This document shows, one piece after another, positions 1 through 14,000 of a DNA stretch of 64,000 bases. The stretch comes from Callorhinchus milii (lineage: Eukaryota): NCBI RefSeq assembly GCF_018977255.1, contig NW_024704761.1:3286001-3350000 (forward strand). The letters are read 5' to 3'. Position numbers and translations under genes: made by a program. Under the pieces are notes generated by a model. It saw only the letters and a list, made by a program, of their open reading frames with translations, was not told the origin of the DNA and did no database searches. Position 1 is the stretch's first letter, and each line of letters opens with the position of its first letter.

Positions 1-181
1 GTGAGGGTTGTGTGTGTGTGTGGGGTGGGGGTTGTGTGTGGGGGGGGGTGGGGGCTGTGTGTGTGAGGGTTGTGTGTGTGGGGTGGGGGTTGTGTGTGTG
101 TGTGGGGGGGTGGGGGTTGTGTGGTGGGGGCTGTGTGTGGGGGTGTGGTGGGGGGTTGTGTGTGTGTGTGGGGGGGGGGGG
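1..181. repeat. GT/G-rich low-complexity tandem repeat
   Basis: Repeated gtgtgtgtgtgggggtgggggtt-type units. Confidence 0.9.
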
Positions 182-273
182 TTAAGAGCCCGGGCGCCTG
201 TTAAACGCCCGTGTAATTCTGACGTGTGTTTCCCTCCGCCCTCGTAGGCCGCGGTTTTGCTGTGGCCGCCGCC

Positions 274-3200
274 ATGTGCCTGCTGCTGGGCGCCACTGGG
301 GTCGGGAAAACCCTCCTGCTGAAAAGATTGCACAATATCCTTTCGCTGAACCTCCCAACGACTCCCGCGTTCCCTTCCTGCCGCAGCGGGTGGCGCTTCT
401 CGCCCCTTGCGTCCGGGAAGGTCGGGGGTTCGAGTCCCCGCTTCGCGACTCGGAATCGCTTCAGGGTCTTAAGAGACGACGCTCCAATGATGCGGGGGGG
501 GGGGGCGCGCGGCGCGCGTTGCATTGCATGGCCGGGGGGTGCCGTCCTTCGGATGAGACGTTAGACCGAGGTCCCATCCGCCTGTTCAGGTGGAGTTAAA
601 GATCCCATTGGCACTATTCGAAAAGAGAGTAATAATAATACTCGCATTTGATACAGCGCCTTTCACGTCGGGAGGACGTCCCAAAGCGCTTCACAGAACA
701 TTCTGTAAAGTGAATTGACTGTATATTTGTGGGAGTTTCTCTCGGTGTCCTGGCCAACAAGCCCCACCCCTCATCAGCCCCAGTGGGTATCGTTGGCAGA
801 CTTTTGCCAGATCGTTCGGCTGTAGAGGATGTCAACAGTGGAGCCTGACGGCTTCTCACCTGGTTGACGCACACACACACACACGAGCAATATAGGGTGA
901 TGTAGAGGGACCGGAAGCAGTAACACTGACTGGTTCAACCAACTCTTAACCCAGGGAAGGCCAATTCCTTTTTCCTTTCCTAAGCGTAAAGAAATTGTGC
1001 AAGAGGTTTTGTGATGTCGTAACAGCACCTCGTGCAGCAAACAAAATGTGTGTGACCGCAAGCCTCCCGTAGATATCTTAAAGATCTTCAGTTTCATCAA
1101 CTGGTGCTAAAACAGTCAAGCTTTGACTGATTATAGGAACCCATGGTAAACAGATTAACCGAATGTAATGAACCATTTTGTAATAGCATGGATTTACATA
1201 ATTATAGAAGCTGCTAAATTATTTTCTCCCAGGAATCCAAATTGCATTTTTCCCCAAAATAATTGGAATCTCAGCTTGTGGTGTGAAAGATATGAATTTG
1301 TACTGCTTTAATTCAGCACACCCGAATATTTCAGATGTGCATCATCCTTGACAAAAACTTACAGTTGAGTCTCAAAGAAAATGTTGCTGATTTAGGAGAA
1401 CCTCCATCTACATTGCCCACGGTATATTTTGAGTAATATAATGTATTAATATTATGGTTGCATTAAAAGCTTTACATGTTAGTACAGTATTCCTAACCAT
1501 CATTAGGAGAAAACAAGAAGCTGGATGATACATTGGTTCAATTACTGTCCTTCCACATCTGGGATCCAGGTTTCAATCAAACTCACAAGTTTCCCCTCTG
1601 ATGGGTGTGAGGATCTTAAATGAAGTATGTTGGTAGACAGGAATTAATCCCATTTGTACTAAATTGGCACTGAATTATTGAACTCATTGCAGAGAAGTCA
1701 CATACTGGTATGGAGGAACATTGTTAATTTGGCTTGGTTGGCAGGACTCAATCCTGAGTCAGAAATTTGGGCTTGAGCTCAAAAGTCTTGCCTGACCCTG
1801 CTGCAATTTTTATTCTGTACATAAAACTGCCTCACACCTCTAGTAAAGCTTATTGGATACAAAAATGTTATACACCAATGATAATATTCCTTCCCAACAC
1901 TGATATTCGGAGAAAAGCCTTGTATACATTTGTTAAGGGATGGGAAGTTGGTAGGGCAGGCCGGGCAGGGGACGCGGAGCAGGCCAGAGTCTGCTGATCA
2001 GAGGGAGCGGACAAGTCGATATGGCGTTAGCAGGTCACAGAGGTAGGAAGGAGCAACATTGTGGAGGGCTTTGAAGGCAAGGACGAACATTTTGAACTCT
2101 ATCCCCTAGGGGATGGGGAGCCAGTGGAGCCCGGTGGGGGTGATAGGGTCATAGAGCCTGGTGTGAGAGAAGACACGAGCTGCAGAGTTCTGAATGATCT
2201 GGAGAAAAGAGTTGGGAAGGCTGACAAGCAGAGTTGGCGTAGTTCAGCTTAGATGTAACAAATGCATGGATGAGTGGCCTGAGGAGAGGCAGTGGCGGAG
2301 CCGGGCAATGTTGAGGAGTGGGTCATGGCATAGATGTGGGATAGAAAGGACAGTTGAGGGTCAAGCAAGATGCCAAGGCTTTGGACTGGCTCAGTGAGGA
2401 GTGTGCATCCATAGATTAATCCATGGGGACATTAATTAATTGCACAGCAAATGCTTTCTATTTAATCCATGTGTTATTTTCAGGTGGGGACTAATTTAAC
2501 GGACCTCACAGTTAATAAAAAGAAGATCACTATTCGGGAACTGGGGGGCTGTATGGGCCCCATCTGGTCGAGTTACTATGGAGATTGTTCAGCTGTCATA
2601 GTGAGTAGTAGCATATTGCCTTCAGAAAGTGAGGTCCTATCTGCCTATTCAGGTGCTCTATTACAGATCCCATGACACAATTCGTGGAGATTCATGGGCT
2701 ATTTCTGTGATCTTGCTGTGTGCAAAATGGTTGCTGTGTTTGACCAGTCACTATAGTACAGGTAAATAACTTGTAAAATACCTGACGTGAAAGGCGCTTT
2801 ACAAATGTAATTTGTTGTTATCAAATGCGAGGATTATATTATACACTTACAGCTTGACTCTGGATCTATAATTAATGAATGCTTTTCCTCTTAGTTTATG
2901 ATCGATGTTGCCAATTCCACTCAGATTTCAGCTTCCTGTATGCAGCTTCTTTCAGTCCTTGCAGCTGAGGAACTACAGCAGACCTCAGTCCTAATTCTGT
3001 TCAACAAAATGCAAGTAGTTTTCTTCTAATACCCCAACCAAGCTCTTTAAATCAGAAGTCAGTATTTATGCATCAAAAATTAAGTTAACGAGACGGGGGG
3101 AAAGAGAGGATATTAGGTGTGTGGGTGAGGGGTGGGGTGGAAAATAAATTAATTTAAGAGATTGGGTGACAGTATGTTAAACGCAACTGATGACTGAAGC

Positions 3201-3655
3201 AGGAAAATGTCCCTTTTGATTACAGGCTGATGCTACTGACTGGAAGATATCAGCCACTGATAGTGGTAGTGAATAACAACCTCTTCACTGGCTGGTTAAA
3301 CAGTTAATGTAACTGTGCCAAAAGCTTTGTCACATCTCTTGGCTTGCATCCTAAGTGCCCAGTAGTGTTGAGAAGAGATAGAGAGATACAGAAATGGAGA
3401 GGTCAACAAGTAATGCTTTGGGAAGGGCAGCTTTGTACTGGACTGTTGTCAGGAATAAAACATAACCAAGCTTTCCTTTTACATTGCAGTGACCTTCCCT
3501 GTCCCATGTCATTCGTGGAAATGAAAAGTCTATTCAGACTGGACGACATCATAGCGTGTGCTAAACAGCCCCTCAGTGTGCTTGAAGTTAGCTCTCGAGA
3601 TGGCAGTGGACTGCAGGAGGTCCTAAAATGGCTTCGCTCACATTTCAAGGATTAG
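274..3655 (+). CDS. ARL16: ADP-ribosylation factor-like GTPase 16, 5 coding exons, 172 aa
   Basis: Exons 274-334, 1363-1421, 2484-2600, 2895-3010 and 3490-3655 splice in frame. Peptide: MCLLLGATGVGKTLLLKRLH-KLSLKENVADLGEPPSTLPT-VGTNLTDL..RELGGCMGPIWSSYY..-..VLILFNK-IDLPCPMSFVEMKSL..WLRSHFKD*. Start context gccgccATG. Intron 1 is AT-AC and intron 4 is GC-AG. Confidence 0.95.
335..1362 (+). other. ARL16: U12-type (minor spliceosome) AT-AC intron
   Basis: 5' site ATATCCTTT at 335, branch site TCCTTGAC at 1345-1352, terminal AC at 1361-1362; this junction restores the frame. Confidence 0.92.
395..760 (+). mobile_element. tRNA-headed Deu-domain SINE with a nested inverted SINE/LINE 3' tail (about 630-730)
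   Basis: Contains GGTTCGAGTCCC B-box-like motif and gccgtccttcggatgagacgttagaccgaggtccc...aaagatcccattggcacta, resembling the DeuSINE/AmnSINE core; the core resumes at ggagtttctctcggtgtcctggccaac. Confidence 0.7.
1940..2400 (-). mobile_element. L2-clade LINE ORF2 3' fragment, degenerate
   Basis: Reverse strand 2129-2041 reads LHWLPIP*GIEFKMFVLAFKALHNVAPSYL, a typical L2 ORF2 C-terminal motif with an internal stop. Confidence 0.75.
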
Positions 3656-5036
3656 CACCCACCTCTGCAGTCAAGACACTGTGAATCAGACCCAGAACAA
3701 ACTTGCCCTAGACCAACCTATTTCAGGAAACAGTCGGCAGATTTTGAAACAGTCATGTTGTTGAACTGCACAATTCTTTGTATTTCCTCTATGGGTGACT
3801 CACAAGTCCCCCAGGGATCCAAGATCACAAACTCACCAGTCCATTGTTCAAATTTAAGTTTTTTCAAAAGGTGATTTAAGCATCCACGAATCCACTTGGC
3901 TAATTAGTAGGTGCAGACTGGTCAAATCATCCTCATAACTTTGAGGGAGATGAGTCAGCATTTATTTGGTTTCTCGGTTGATTCCAGGAATACTTTAATG
4001 AGGTAACGTTTTCTGTGAAGCAAAGCAGTGTCTACACACTCATTTCAACTCTGGAACTATAAAACATTTCAGAAAGAGTCGAGACAAATGTCCTTGCATT
4101 CATCCCTTTTCCCAGGCACAGGTTACTTGTAAGATTGGACTGAAAGACAAAAAGGTTGAGACTTTAAACAAACCTGGAGCTACAAACATTAAAATATGCT
4201 TAGTAAGGTATTTATTTCTCAGTCAACCATTGACCAATACAATATTTACAACCAGTTTGAAATGTACAAATTACAAAGTCCATGTGTTGTTTAGTCAGAC
4301 AGTACTCCAGATTCCCCAACGGGAGCCTGTAGATAATAATACGACTGCAAACATGACTGGCAGACCTACTGCTGGCAATTGTAAACCATTAATCTACTCT
4401 TGCTAGTTCAATCACAATTCAATTGTGTATTAAAATTGCACTATGAATAAGATCTCTACAATCAGGACTAAATTAGCAGCAGCAGCAGGCATGAGAATCG
4501 AGGCAATTTAATGGAAGGTTAAATACTTTTATCTAAGGTTTACTTTTTAGTTCTCCCCTCCTCCAGTCAGTCTCTCTGTCTCTAAGCACTGGGGAAAAGA
4601 TAATGAACATCTGTACCTAGAGGTAGGAGAATTAATGGACACCTTACAAAAGTTTAGTCACTACTTGAAGATATAGAAATGGACAAGTGTATTTAATACG
4701 AGTGCATCCCAGGGAGAGATTATACACTTTAAACACATGAGGATTAGATAACCAGATTGAACATACAAAAATAAATTAGATTGTGCAAGTATAGTGTACC
4801 ATCTCTGGAAGACGTGGGAAATGATACACTATTTTGTAACTCTTCATTAGCCAGATAACCATTCAGTCAAGTCATTGCTTGTGATACTGCTACACTTTAC
4901 TCAAAGAGTCAAGTGAACAAAGTAAAAGCACTGCATATCACTAAAGGAATGACTGGCAATTCCTTCCATCAATTTCTAGTGATGAGAAGAGAGAATGGCT
5001 CCTGGAATCGACAGTATTTGATGAGTAATGTTCTGA

Positions 5037-8000
5037 CTAGGAATAAAATGTCATGTTTCTGTTAATAAGCAGAGGTTTCTCACTCCCATCCAGGTCTTCT
5101 ATGTGGTAATCTGTAAAGGACAGAATGATAAGAGGAAAAGTGTTTTATGAATAAAGTTCTCTACACGTTCAAACACTATGAATGAGAAGTGTATTTTTTC
5201 CGAGAAAGAATTCAAATGCATTGTACCTGGATTTAGATTAACAAGGGATTTTGCAGTGCTCATCCCTCCAACCACACTGGCGGTCTCACCTAAAATATCA
5301 AAGGAATGATGAGATTAATTAAGATTACAAAAAGCGCAATGTAGGAATAGAATGTTGCATGGCAGTGCCTTGATGTGGGGGGGGGGGGGGGGGGGGGGGC
5401 GTAGGTCTGGAATTCAAATACTCCAGTCCCTTTCGCTGAGGTTTATTCATGTTAAACTGAATGCTGACTGTGTTTCTTCTGCACATGGTGGGTGCACGTG
5501 TCTCCTTCAAGGCATGTCTCAAGACCCTCTTCGCTCACCCTACTACCCCTACCCTCCAGATCCTGATTTATTATGGGTTTCATCATGGTCCTCTGATACA
5601 AGGCTGCATTCCAATTTTCTCTATAGAGACCAAGGTACCAATGTTCTACCAAACAAATGTATTTTGTCAGTTTTTAAAGGTGAAATATGACACAAGTATG
5701 GAAAGTTACGTGCTTTCTTTAGTCTTTCTCTTGATTATATTTGATACAGCACCTTATGTCATTGAGGCGTCTCAAAGCACTTCACTGTATATATTGTAAA
5801 GTGGAGTGACTGTATTTTAATAATAATTTTGTGGTACACCACTGTAAGCTGAACATTTGTGATAGGTCGTGTACTGAGTGTTTTGGCAGGGCCTGTGTAG
5901 ACCACATGGGCTTTGAGTGTGGTACAAACACATGAGCACCTCTGCCCCAGTTCTCTCCCGTGAGTTTGTACTAACAACTTCTCCACAGTGAGGTTCTTGA
6001 TCTCAAGCTGGAACCACTAGGTGAGGTCAGGGGCAAAACGTAACGAGAAACAAGAAATGTCAAGGATGAGTGAGTTTCATCACCGGATACATGAAGTGCT
6101 GTCTCTGTATCATCAAAGTATCTCAGTCCCTTTATATCCGCTGAAATTAGGATGTCCAGAATTTCAAGCTAAGTGAGAGAAAGATACACATAGATATTAG
6201 TGTGGCCACATCATTCACACTGGCCATCTTTGGAGACAGAATCCATTAGGAAGGATATTCAATCACCCAAAAAAGTACACTTAGAATAATGGTTAGCATT
6301 CAAAACAAGAGGAAAACATTAGGCTGTTCAGTGGGTTAGCACATTCATTCCATCTCTAGAATAGCCTCCAAATCAGATCAGTCTGCCGCCATGAGAGAAA
6401 CCTCTAACATTTGCCACTTGGTGGAAAGGCCATGGGTTTGAAATACAGAACAATCATTTGAATCACTGGCATGGGGAATGGAAATAAAGTTCACACCCAG
6501 TAAAGCTTGTTCACACTGTGGTTAAAGTAGAAAAGGAGGGAGCTTCACTCTGTATCTCGTGCTACAGTGAACTTAAGAACATTTAACATTTACATTCGGT
6601 AGAAAATAGTTGTCTGAATGGCTTGAAATAGACATCCTTGTACATTGAATGTCAAGTTTCTGTTAAAAAGTAGAGGTTTCTCACTCCTGCCCAGATCTTC
6701 TATGTAGTAATCTGTAAAAGCCCATTAAATTGCTGTGATTGCATACCCGCAAATTAGAGAAGAGCAAAGGTACGGCCTTCTCTTGGAACTCCGAGATCAG
6801 CTCTCGTAAGAGGTTCACTGCTGTGTAATCGATGCTGCTCACATGAACACAGTCCAGAATTACAGAACGAGGAGCCGAGGCTGTAGAAAGAAACAAAAAC
6901 AGAATTAAGATTCCACGATATTCCCAAAATGGTTCCATCGCTCAACTCTACATGCACAGAGCTTAAACAAATCCTGAGCGAAGAACAGTCAATCATTTTT
7001 GACAAAGCTGAAGAGCCAGTCCATCAATTTACAGGGAACCTCACATCATGCTTTGAATACCCAACCCTGATCTAGTCTCAGCTTTTCTCTAGCATTCGCA
7101 GTAGCGCTAGCAAGTTCCAACAAGCAGCCAATTAGTCTGGAGGATTAGATACGTTTTCTTATTGGAAATAACATTATGGGATATTGTACATAGGTAGTTC
7201 GGGACATAGGTGCATGCGACCGCCAGGAAGGTGGAAGACGAACTAGACGGACCTTGGGCTTTTTTTCGTCTAGCATTTCTTATGTTCTTATATTATGTTA
7301 TGATTTCTGGTCAGGATACCAGGAAATGCTTCCTTTTCCTTTGGAGCAGGAATGGGACCTCAAGTTTGATATCTCACGAAGAAGCTTTCACCAAAGTGGA
7401 AAAAGTTACAGATCCATCCAGGCCCGTCAGAATGGTTGACAAGGAGCCCCACTGCAGCTGTACGTGCCTTCTAAACCGTGCCTGTACAAAAGGTTCCGGA
7501 CATACTCAACAGCTGGGAAATTGAGACCACTTTGCAACTGGATCACCACAACGCCATGATCTGTAATCTAGAACACACACACAGGAAATTGGAAGACAGA
7601 TCAATCTTTGGAGAGTTTCTCTATTGTACACTTTAGAACTCTTCCCACAGTATAAGCACGCCCCCCAACGGTTTAATGTTGAAGTGCGATGATTAACAAG
7701 AGGTTCAGATGAAGAAAAAGCATTTTGAACTCATCCTTCTAAAACACCAACCCAATCATCCTCCCAATACTGCCTTCAGCAGTTTCTTGAATAAAATCGA
7801 GACTCCAGTTCCATATCTTTATTACTCTTGTGTGAAGAAATACACCTTTGTGTCTTTTCTGAAATTGTCCTTCAACTCAACCTGTGCCTGCTAGTCCCAC
7901 TGTCTTGGTTTGTCTGAAAGTACTCTTCTGGTTTTAATTTTTCAATCCTACTCGGCAGCATCTAGAAGCGTTCTGCTTGAAGACGGACGTTTTCGATGCT

Positions 8001-11000
8001 GATCCAGTCCTCATTCCTCATCGTCCATGCTTCTCAACTGGAGATCATCTCCTTTGTTCCCTTCTACATTGCTTCTATCATCAGACTTGGTCTGTCTCTG
8101 AGATCCCCACAATTCTGGGTTCCCAGGTTGGAGGGAAAATACCTTGTTGAGTTTCAATATATACTTAAGCTTCAACAGGAACAGATCCTGCAAGATAATT
8201 ACCTCAGCACACAATCATTTGGAATTTGGGACCTTCCCTGTCTCTATGGCTCAGCGACTCACTGGGAAAAAGCCCTATGCCACATAGATGGACATACTGT
8301 ACTGCATGCTAATGTTCACGTGGTTCTACAGTTAAATTTAACTACATCCTTACCTTAGCGTCTGGTCTGGCAATATTGTAAAACAGGATGATCCCAGACA
8401 AAACCATTCCAGCCAAAATTCCATACTGGATTTCCCAGAAACAGCCCAAAAAAGATGCAAAGAAAGGCAACAAGTCCAACTCTGGAGAAACCAGAATAGA
8501 AACAGTGGTTATATTACTGTCCTCAATAGTCACATGATGGCCAAGTACCTTCTACAATGCATGGTTTACATTTCAGCTGTTCCGGGATGCTACGCTGCAT
8601 GAAGGGTGCTGTATAAATGCAAGTTGTTGTGGTTCAAACAATGTTTTTAATTCAATGGAAAAATCCAGTTGAAGGACAAGGACTCTGCCCAACGCTGGGG
8701 AGAAGATGAGATGCAGTGAAGTGAAGCAGTTAGATGAAGACAGGATTGAATTTTAAGAAGCGAATTGTAGGAAGGGACGTCTGGCAAAATGGCAGCTGAG
8801 GGAAACTGTATTATACGAGTGAAGCTCCCAACTCTCAATTCAATCCAGCACTTACTTTTCACTTTCCACAGCTTGGCAATGATCCCGCCGTCAAACACAG
8901 GCAACACGGCACAAATGATAACGGCCGCCAGCGCTGCCTTTGGGACGTAGTAGAAGAGAGGAGTCAGAAAGGCCAGAGACAGCAGCACAATGGTACCTGG
9001 ATGGAAAAGGGCAGAGAATTGCAACCAATGCAAGTGAAAGACTTTGGACCTTTTTGTAGCGCCTGTTTTATCACGATTGGCAGAGCGGAAGGAATAGATG
9101 GGGGAAAAGAGTGGGATCTCAGCACATCAGGGGTAAAGTGGGGCAAGGCATCCCAGGCACCTGAAGGTAAATACGAAGCAAAGAATGTCAGAGCCATTAA
9201 GAGATCAACATGGCCTGTCACCAAGTACCAAGACTCATTGAAGTCTGAGTTACTCAATGAGAGCTACCTCAGTCAATTACACCTCAGTTTAGGTTAAATG
9301 TCTGAAAGAACTTTAACATCCACCTCAAGCTTTTCATTAAAGACGCAGTTACTGAAACTAATCACTCACCAGTAATTATTCCCCCAGCAGGACTGCATAC
9401 ACCTGTCTGGGAGTTCACTGCTGTTCTGTAAAGAGATTATATAAATTAATGATGGATCTCGCAACGAGAGAGAGGTGAATTATTGATCAGCAGATAGATT
9501 TGCACAGAGATGAAATTACATCAAATGAGTTACACCAAGATGAAATTACATCGAGTTAACCCAACACATTCTCCTGTTGGGCTCAGGAACAAGCTCAATC
9601 CATCATCTTCCCAGGACTCACTGCATCAACTAACTAGCTACTGAATGGTCTCCGCCTAAATTGCTCACATTGAAGTTCCAGGTGTAGGATCCACATCCCA
9701 ATACATGGGAGCGATACTCCATTGTAGGGTGGTAGCCCCATTGGGAAAGTCATGCATAAAATCCCCAATACCCACCTGCCGAAACTCCCTGTAACTGGGT
9801 ACGATGAAACAAATGAGCCCAGGATGTTGGTGCTACCTAGATTGAAAAGAGACACGGTTTTAGGGGTAGAGATGGGGCGTTACAACCATGCCTAAAGGGT
9901 CCCATTAAGCATTTAAAGGTGTTCCAATCAATAATAAGAAATAACTCACCGATTGCTATGAGCTCCTGATTTGGATCAATTCTATAGTTGTTCTGGCTTG
10001 CTGTGGGAACACAGACTTTTCAGATCACAGTGTCATGTCAACCATTTATACAATATTCGTGCATTTTTAAAAAATAATACATATGTACATATCAGCCTAG
10101 AGTGCGAGTTTAAACTGGTGATGCGGGGCTTGAACCCACCTTCTGACCAAGGAGAGAGAGTGCTACCGTTTGCATGAAGACTCCAAATAAATCAAAGTGG
10201 TTCTGCATCTCAGCAATCGATTGCCTCAGGTCTACGGGAATCAAATGAGCCGATCATGTGAAGTCTAACTGGAGGGTCACTTACCGAAGGCTTTGGCTAT
10301 TGCAATACTTTCCAAAAATCCAACTAGTGGCACCACAGCCAGACCCGCTCCCATGTCCTGGAAAGATCAGAGGGTGTCGAGAGAGCCTTGCATGTTAAGC
10401 AGTTCAATTTTTTTTTACTAAGTTGCTAGTTTCAAAGTTGCCCCCCCCCTGAGCCCAGCAGCTTTCACTAACACCTAGCCAACTTCCCGTTGCTGAGCTC
10501 CTGTCTAGGTTGAGCTGATTAATGGGTTCTGAGCACTTGTGAATTTGGGCATTATTAACAGTATGAAGCAGTTGTCAATCTAGAACTGCTAACCCGCTCG
10601 GGCTTTGCCCTCCAGTTGAAAACATACTTAACCTTCCAAGCCTCATTGATAATAATGATAACTCTTGCATTTGATATAGAGGTTTCACATCATCGAGACA
10701 TTTAAAAAATACTATAGAGGGGATAACTGTGCATTTTATCCACTTTGTGAAAAGACAAGGGAGAAACTCCCTTCTCTTTTCACATAGTGCCATTGGGATC
10801 TTTATCCTCCCTGAACAGGCAAACGAGACCTTGGTTTAGTGTCTCTTCCGGAGGACGGGCAGTTTAACTACCCACAGTGTTTTCGATTCATTGCGGATTT
10901 GCCAGGTCTCAATAGTGTGCACACACTTCATTTTCCCTCTATGTGGATGTTCGTACCTACAGCTTACCCAGACCATCTTGTCAAAATGCACGGTCCCATT

Positions 11001-14000
11001 GGGCGATACTTTGGAGAATGGTGGCGGGCGAAAGGGAGGGAGCCCACGATCGGTTTTGCCAGTCAGCACAAACACGTGGAGCCCTTGATTTTCAAAGCTG
11101 TAAGCGACGATGCCTGCAGCTACCACCACCACCGCATTGCGAGCTGCGAAAAGAACAAGGAACACCTTCTCAGTGAAACAGCTGCACGGGTTGTGAACGC
11201 AGATTGACAAAAGAGACATTTTGAAAAAAAATGTTTAAGTGTCACACTGACCTGTTGCTATAGACCGGACGATTGTGCGACAAACTTGGTAGAGAGATGA
11301 CTCATCTCCAGAGTCCTCAGCCAGCTGTCCCTTCATCATCTTCAGAAGCACCAGCAGAAGAATGCAGCTTACACCCAGCACAAGGTCACCTACTCTGAGT
11401 GAGCGCACAAGGAAAGCACAGTCAGAAACAATTTAGGCGTTAGCCTGGCTCAGTTGGTAGCACTTTCGCATTGGAGTAAAAAGGCTGCGGGTTCAAGCCC
11501 CACATTGGGTCTTTGAGCTCATCGTCCAGATTGACGTTTCATTGTAACGCTGGGGGAAATGCGCGCATAACAGGGTCCCAGATATTTATCTGGAGGACCG
11601 TTGACCAGAACCTTGGATGAAACCCCCCCTCCTGTTTTCAAATAGTTATTCATTTTGAACAGCAGAGTTGTGAAACCAGGAGGGGGCACTCTCACTGCAG
11701 CACAGACGCAAGGGAAGTGTAAGTGTAGGCAGGATCATAGAGTGTGCACATCCAGAGTCACGGCTGATAACTTTAGAACTGTCCGGCAGTTCAGAATGTG
11801 AGATAATAAGGTACCAACCTGGTTTCCATAATATTGTGAAACGTATAATAAACCTCCAGGAAAAACTGGCGTGGGATGTCACGAAGCCCAAGGATGTTCT
11901 GTTTGCACAGAGAAGAGATCAAGAAAGTTAACAACAACAACAACAACAACTTGCGCCTTTCATGCAGGATAGCATCTCGGAATGCTGCGCAGCGGATGCC
12001 GAGCAAGGAAGGAGGAGGAAAGAACCACAGATGCAGTTTTAATAATAAGTCACTCATTGATTCATAACAACAAGCCACAAAGTCAGCTCCATCACACTGA
12101 GCTAAAGGGGAAATTAAGAAATATTCCATTCCATTTAATACACTAGCTTGTTATCTCCAGATTAAATTAGGTCCACAGAGCAGAATGATCTCAATGTCAA
12201 GTACAACAAATCTTGCATTATAATGAAATTAGCCCATTATAAAAGCACATCAAAGGCAACGGGGGGGGAATGACAGTCACCATCACATCTTCCTCCTGTG
12301 GATTTCTGGGATTGAGGAGGAGTAATCCGAGAAGACAAGTCTGTCAGATTAAGGTTCATTAACCTTGTCCATTGAGTGTCTAGTTCTTGACTGCTTTTCC
12401 CATGGGAAACTCACTTAATCCCATGGGAAATTCACTTAATCACTTGGAATCTCGTCTACATTTTGGTCTGAACGTTTTAACCCTTTAAAGACTGGGCAGG
12501 GTTTAATAGTTTACAACAATTTCATTAATTGGTGCAAGTCAGTGGTGGTTGAACGTTAACCTCTTCAACCCTACCCACCAAAATCCCAGCCCTGACAGTG
12601 GGTCAGTCACATTTGCACAGCAAAATACGCCACACTTGTTGGGCAGAGCAGATGCACGGCCACAAGGCATTTCATCTCAGATTGATAGGGAAGGGAGGAG
12701 ATTGGGAGACTTGTTCCATGCTTGCAATGGTCAAGAGACTTTGTTGACCAAAGAGCACTTCAGGGTCAAGATCATCCCAGCCTCAAGAAGGAAGACCTAG
12801 GCTTGGACGAGCGACATTGGGGCAGTACTCCTCCTGCAACCCATTGGATGAAGATCTGATCGGAGTTTATTCTATCTTTAGTCATGGAGCGATCTTATGT
12901 TTGGAAGTCATTCATTATCCACCCAATAATTGTTCTCAACTACAAAAGCATTACCATCTTTTGTAAGAAGACTCTCAGATGGCAGCAGAAATGGTAATCC
13001 TCTATTGGAGCTCACTGCCAAGTAACATGAGCCCCAGGTCTTCTAGTGGGTCTCCTTACCTTCACTTGCCCAAAGCCAATGGTCAGTGCAGCAGAAGAGG
13101 TGAATCCCTTGATGACCGGTAAAGAGATGAAGTCAACAAGGAAGCCTACGAGGGGAGATAATCGAGTTACTGTTTGATGCAAATGCAGTGAATTATCAGA
13201 TCTGGTAAGACAAAGTGTGTTGGCAATTTACCAGAACAACCAGCAAACAGGTCTCAGAAAAAACAATTGTATTACATTTGTATAGCGCCGGTATCCACCC
13301 TGTGAACTGCCCAAGATTAGATTACATCATGTGAGGAAACATTGGAGGGCGAAAGGAATTGGTTCTACTCATGTCAATGGCTCATAATCATCATCTGCTC
13401 TGGAGCCACCAGCGTGGGCTAACTCGGGTTTGGTGCACCCAATTCTTACCGAGGCGGAGAATGCCCATCGCGAGCTGGACACAGCCGGAGAGGAATGCCA
13501 GGAGTACAGCATACGCCGGATCATGGAATGCGTAGATGGAGACCAGGAGGGACATGATGGCTGTGGGACCCAACGTGATGTCTTTGGAAGTGCCAAGTAG
13601 GCAGTAAACAAAGCTGCCCATAAACGAGGAGTAGAGTCCATACTGAGCACAAAAGAAATGGTAATGAGTCTCTGAAATGAGCCCCCACCCCCAACCCCCC
13701 AGCCACTCAGAATGGTGTGGGCAAGCTTCCCACCCCCCTCTCCCTTGCTCGGTGTCCAACCCCATCATCGTGCAGCGCTCCAAGACACTATCCTGCGTGA
13801 AGGGCACCATGTAAAAGCAAGTTGGTATTGCAAATAGTTACTCCTTCCTAGGCCAGTGTTTGGGGATCAGTATTAATGTGACTGGGACCTGATTTCCATT
13901 CCCCATCAGAAACCGTGTTGCCAAGTGACACTCGAGACAGAGAACTAACACCACCAAAAAAAACACAAATTGCATTTTACACAGCGTCTTTCATATCAGG

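Noticed and set aside
6030-6090. GTATCC and TCCTTGAC U12-like signals on the minus strand in SLC26A11
   Set aside because: The donor lacks the TT of the consensus, the spacing is too short, and no consistent exon results.
7996-8358. 120-aa plus-strand ORF in an SLC26A11 intron
   Set aside because: No recognisable homology or splice structure; likely a chance ORF.
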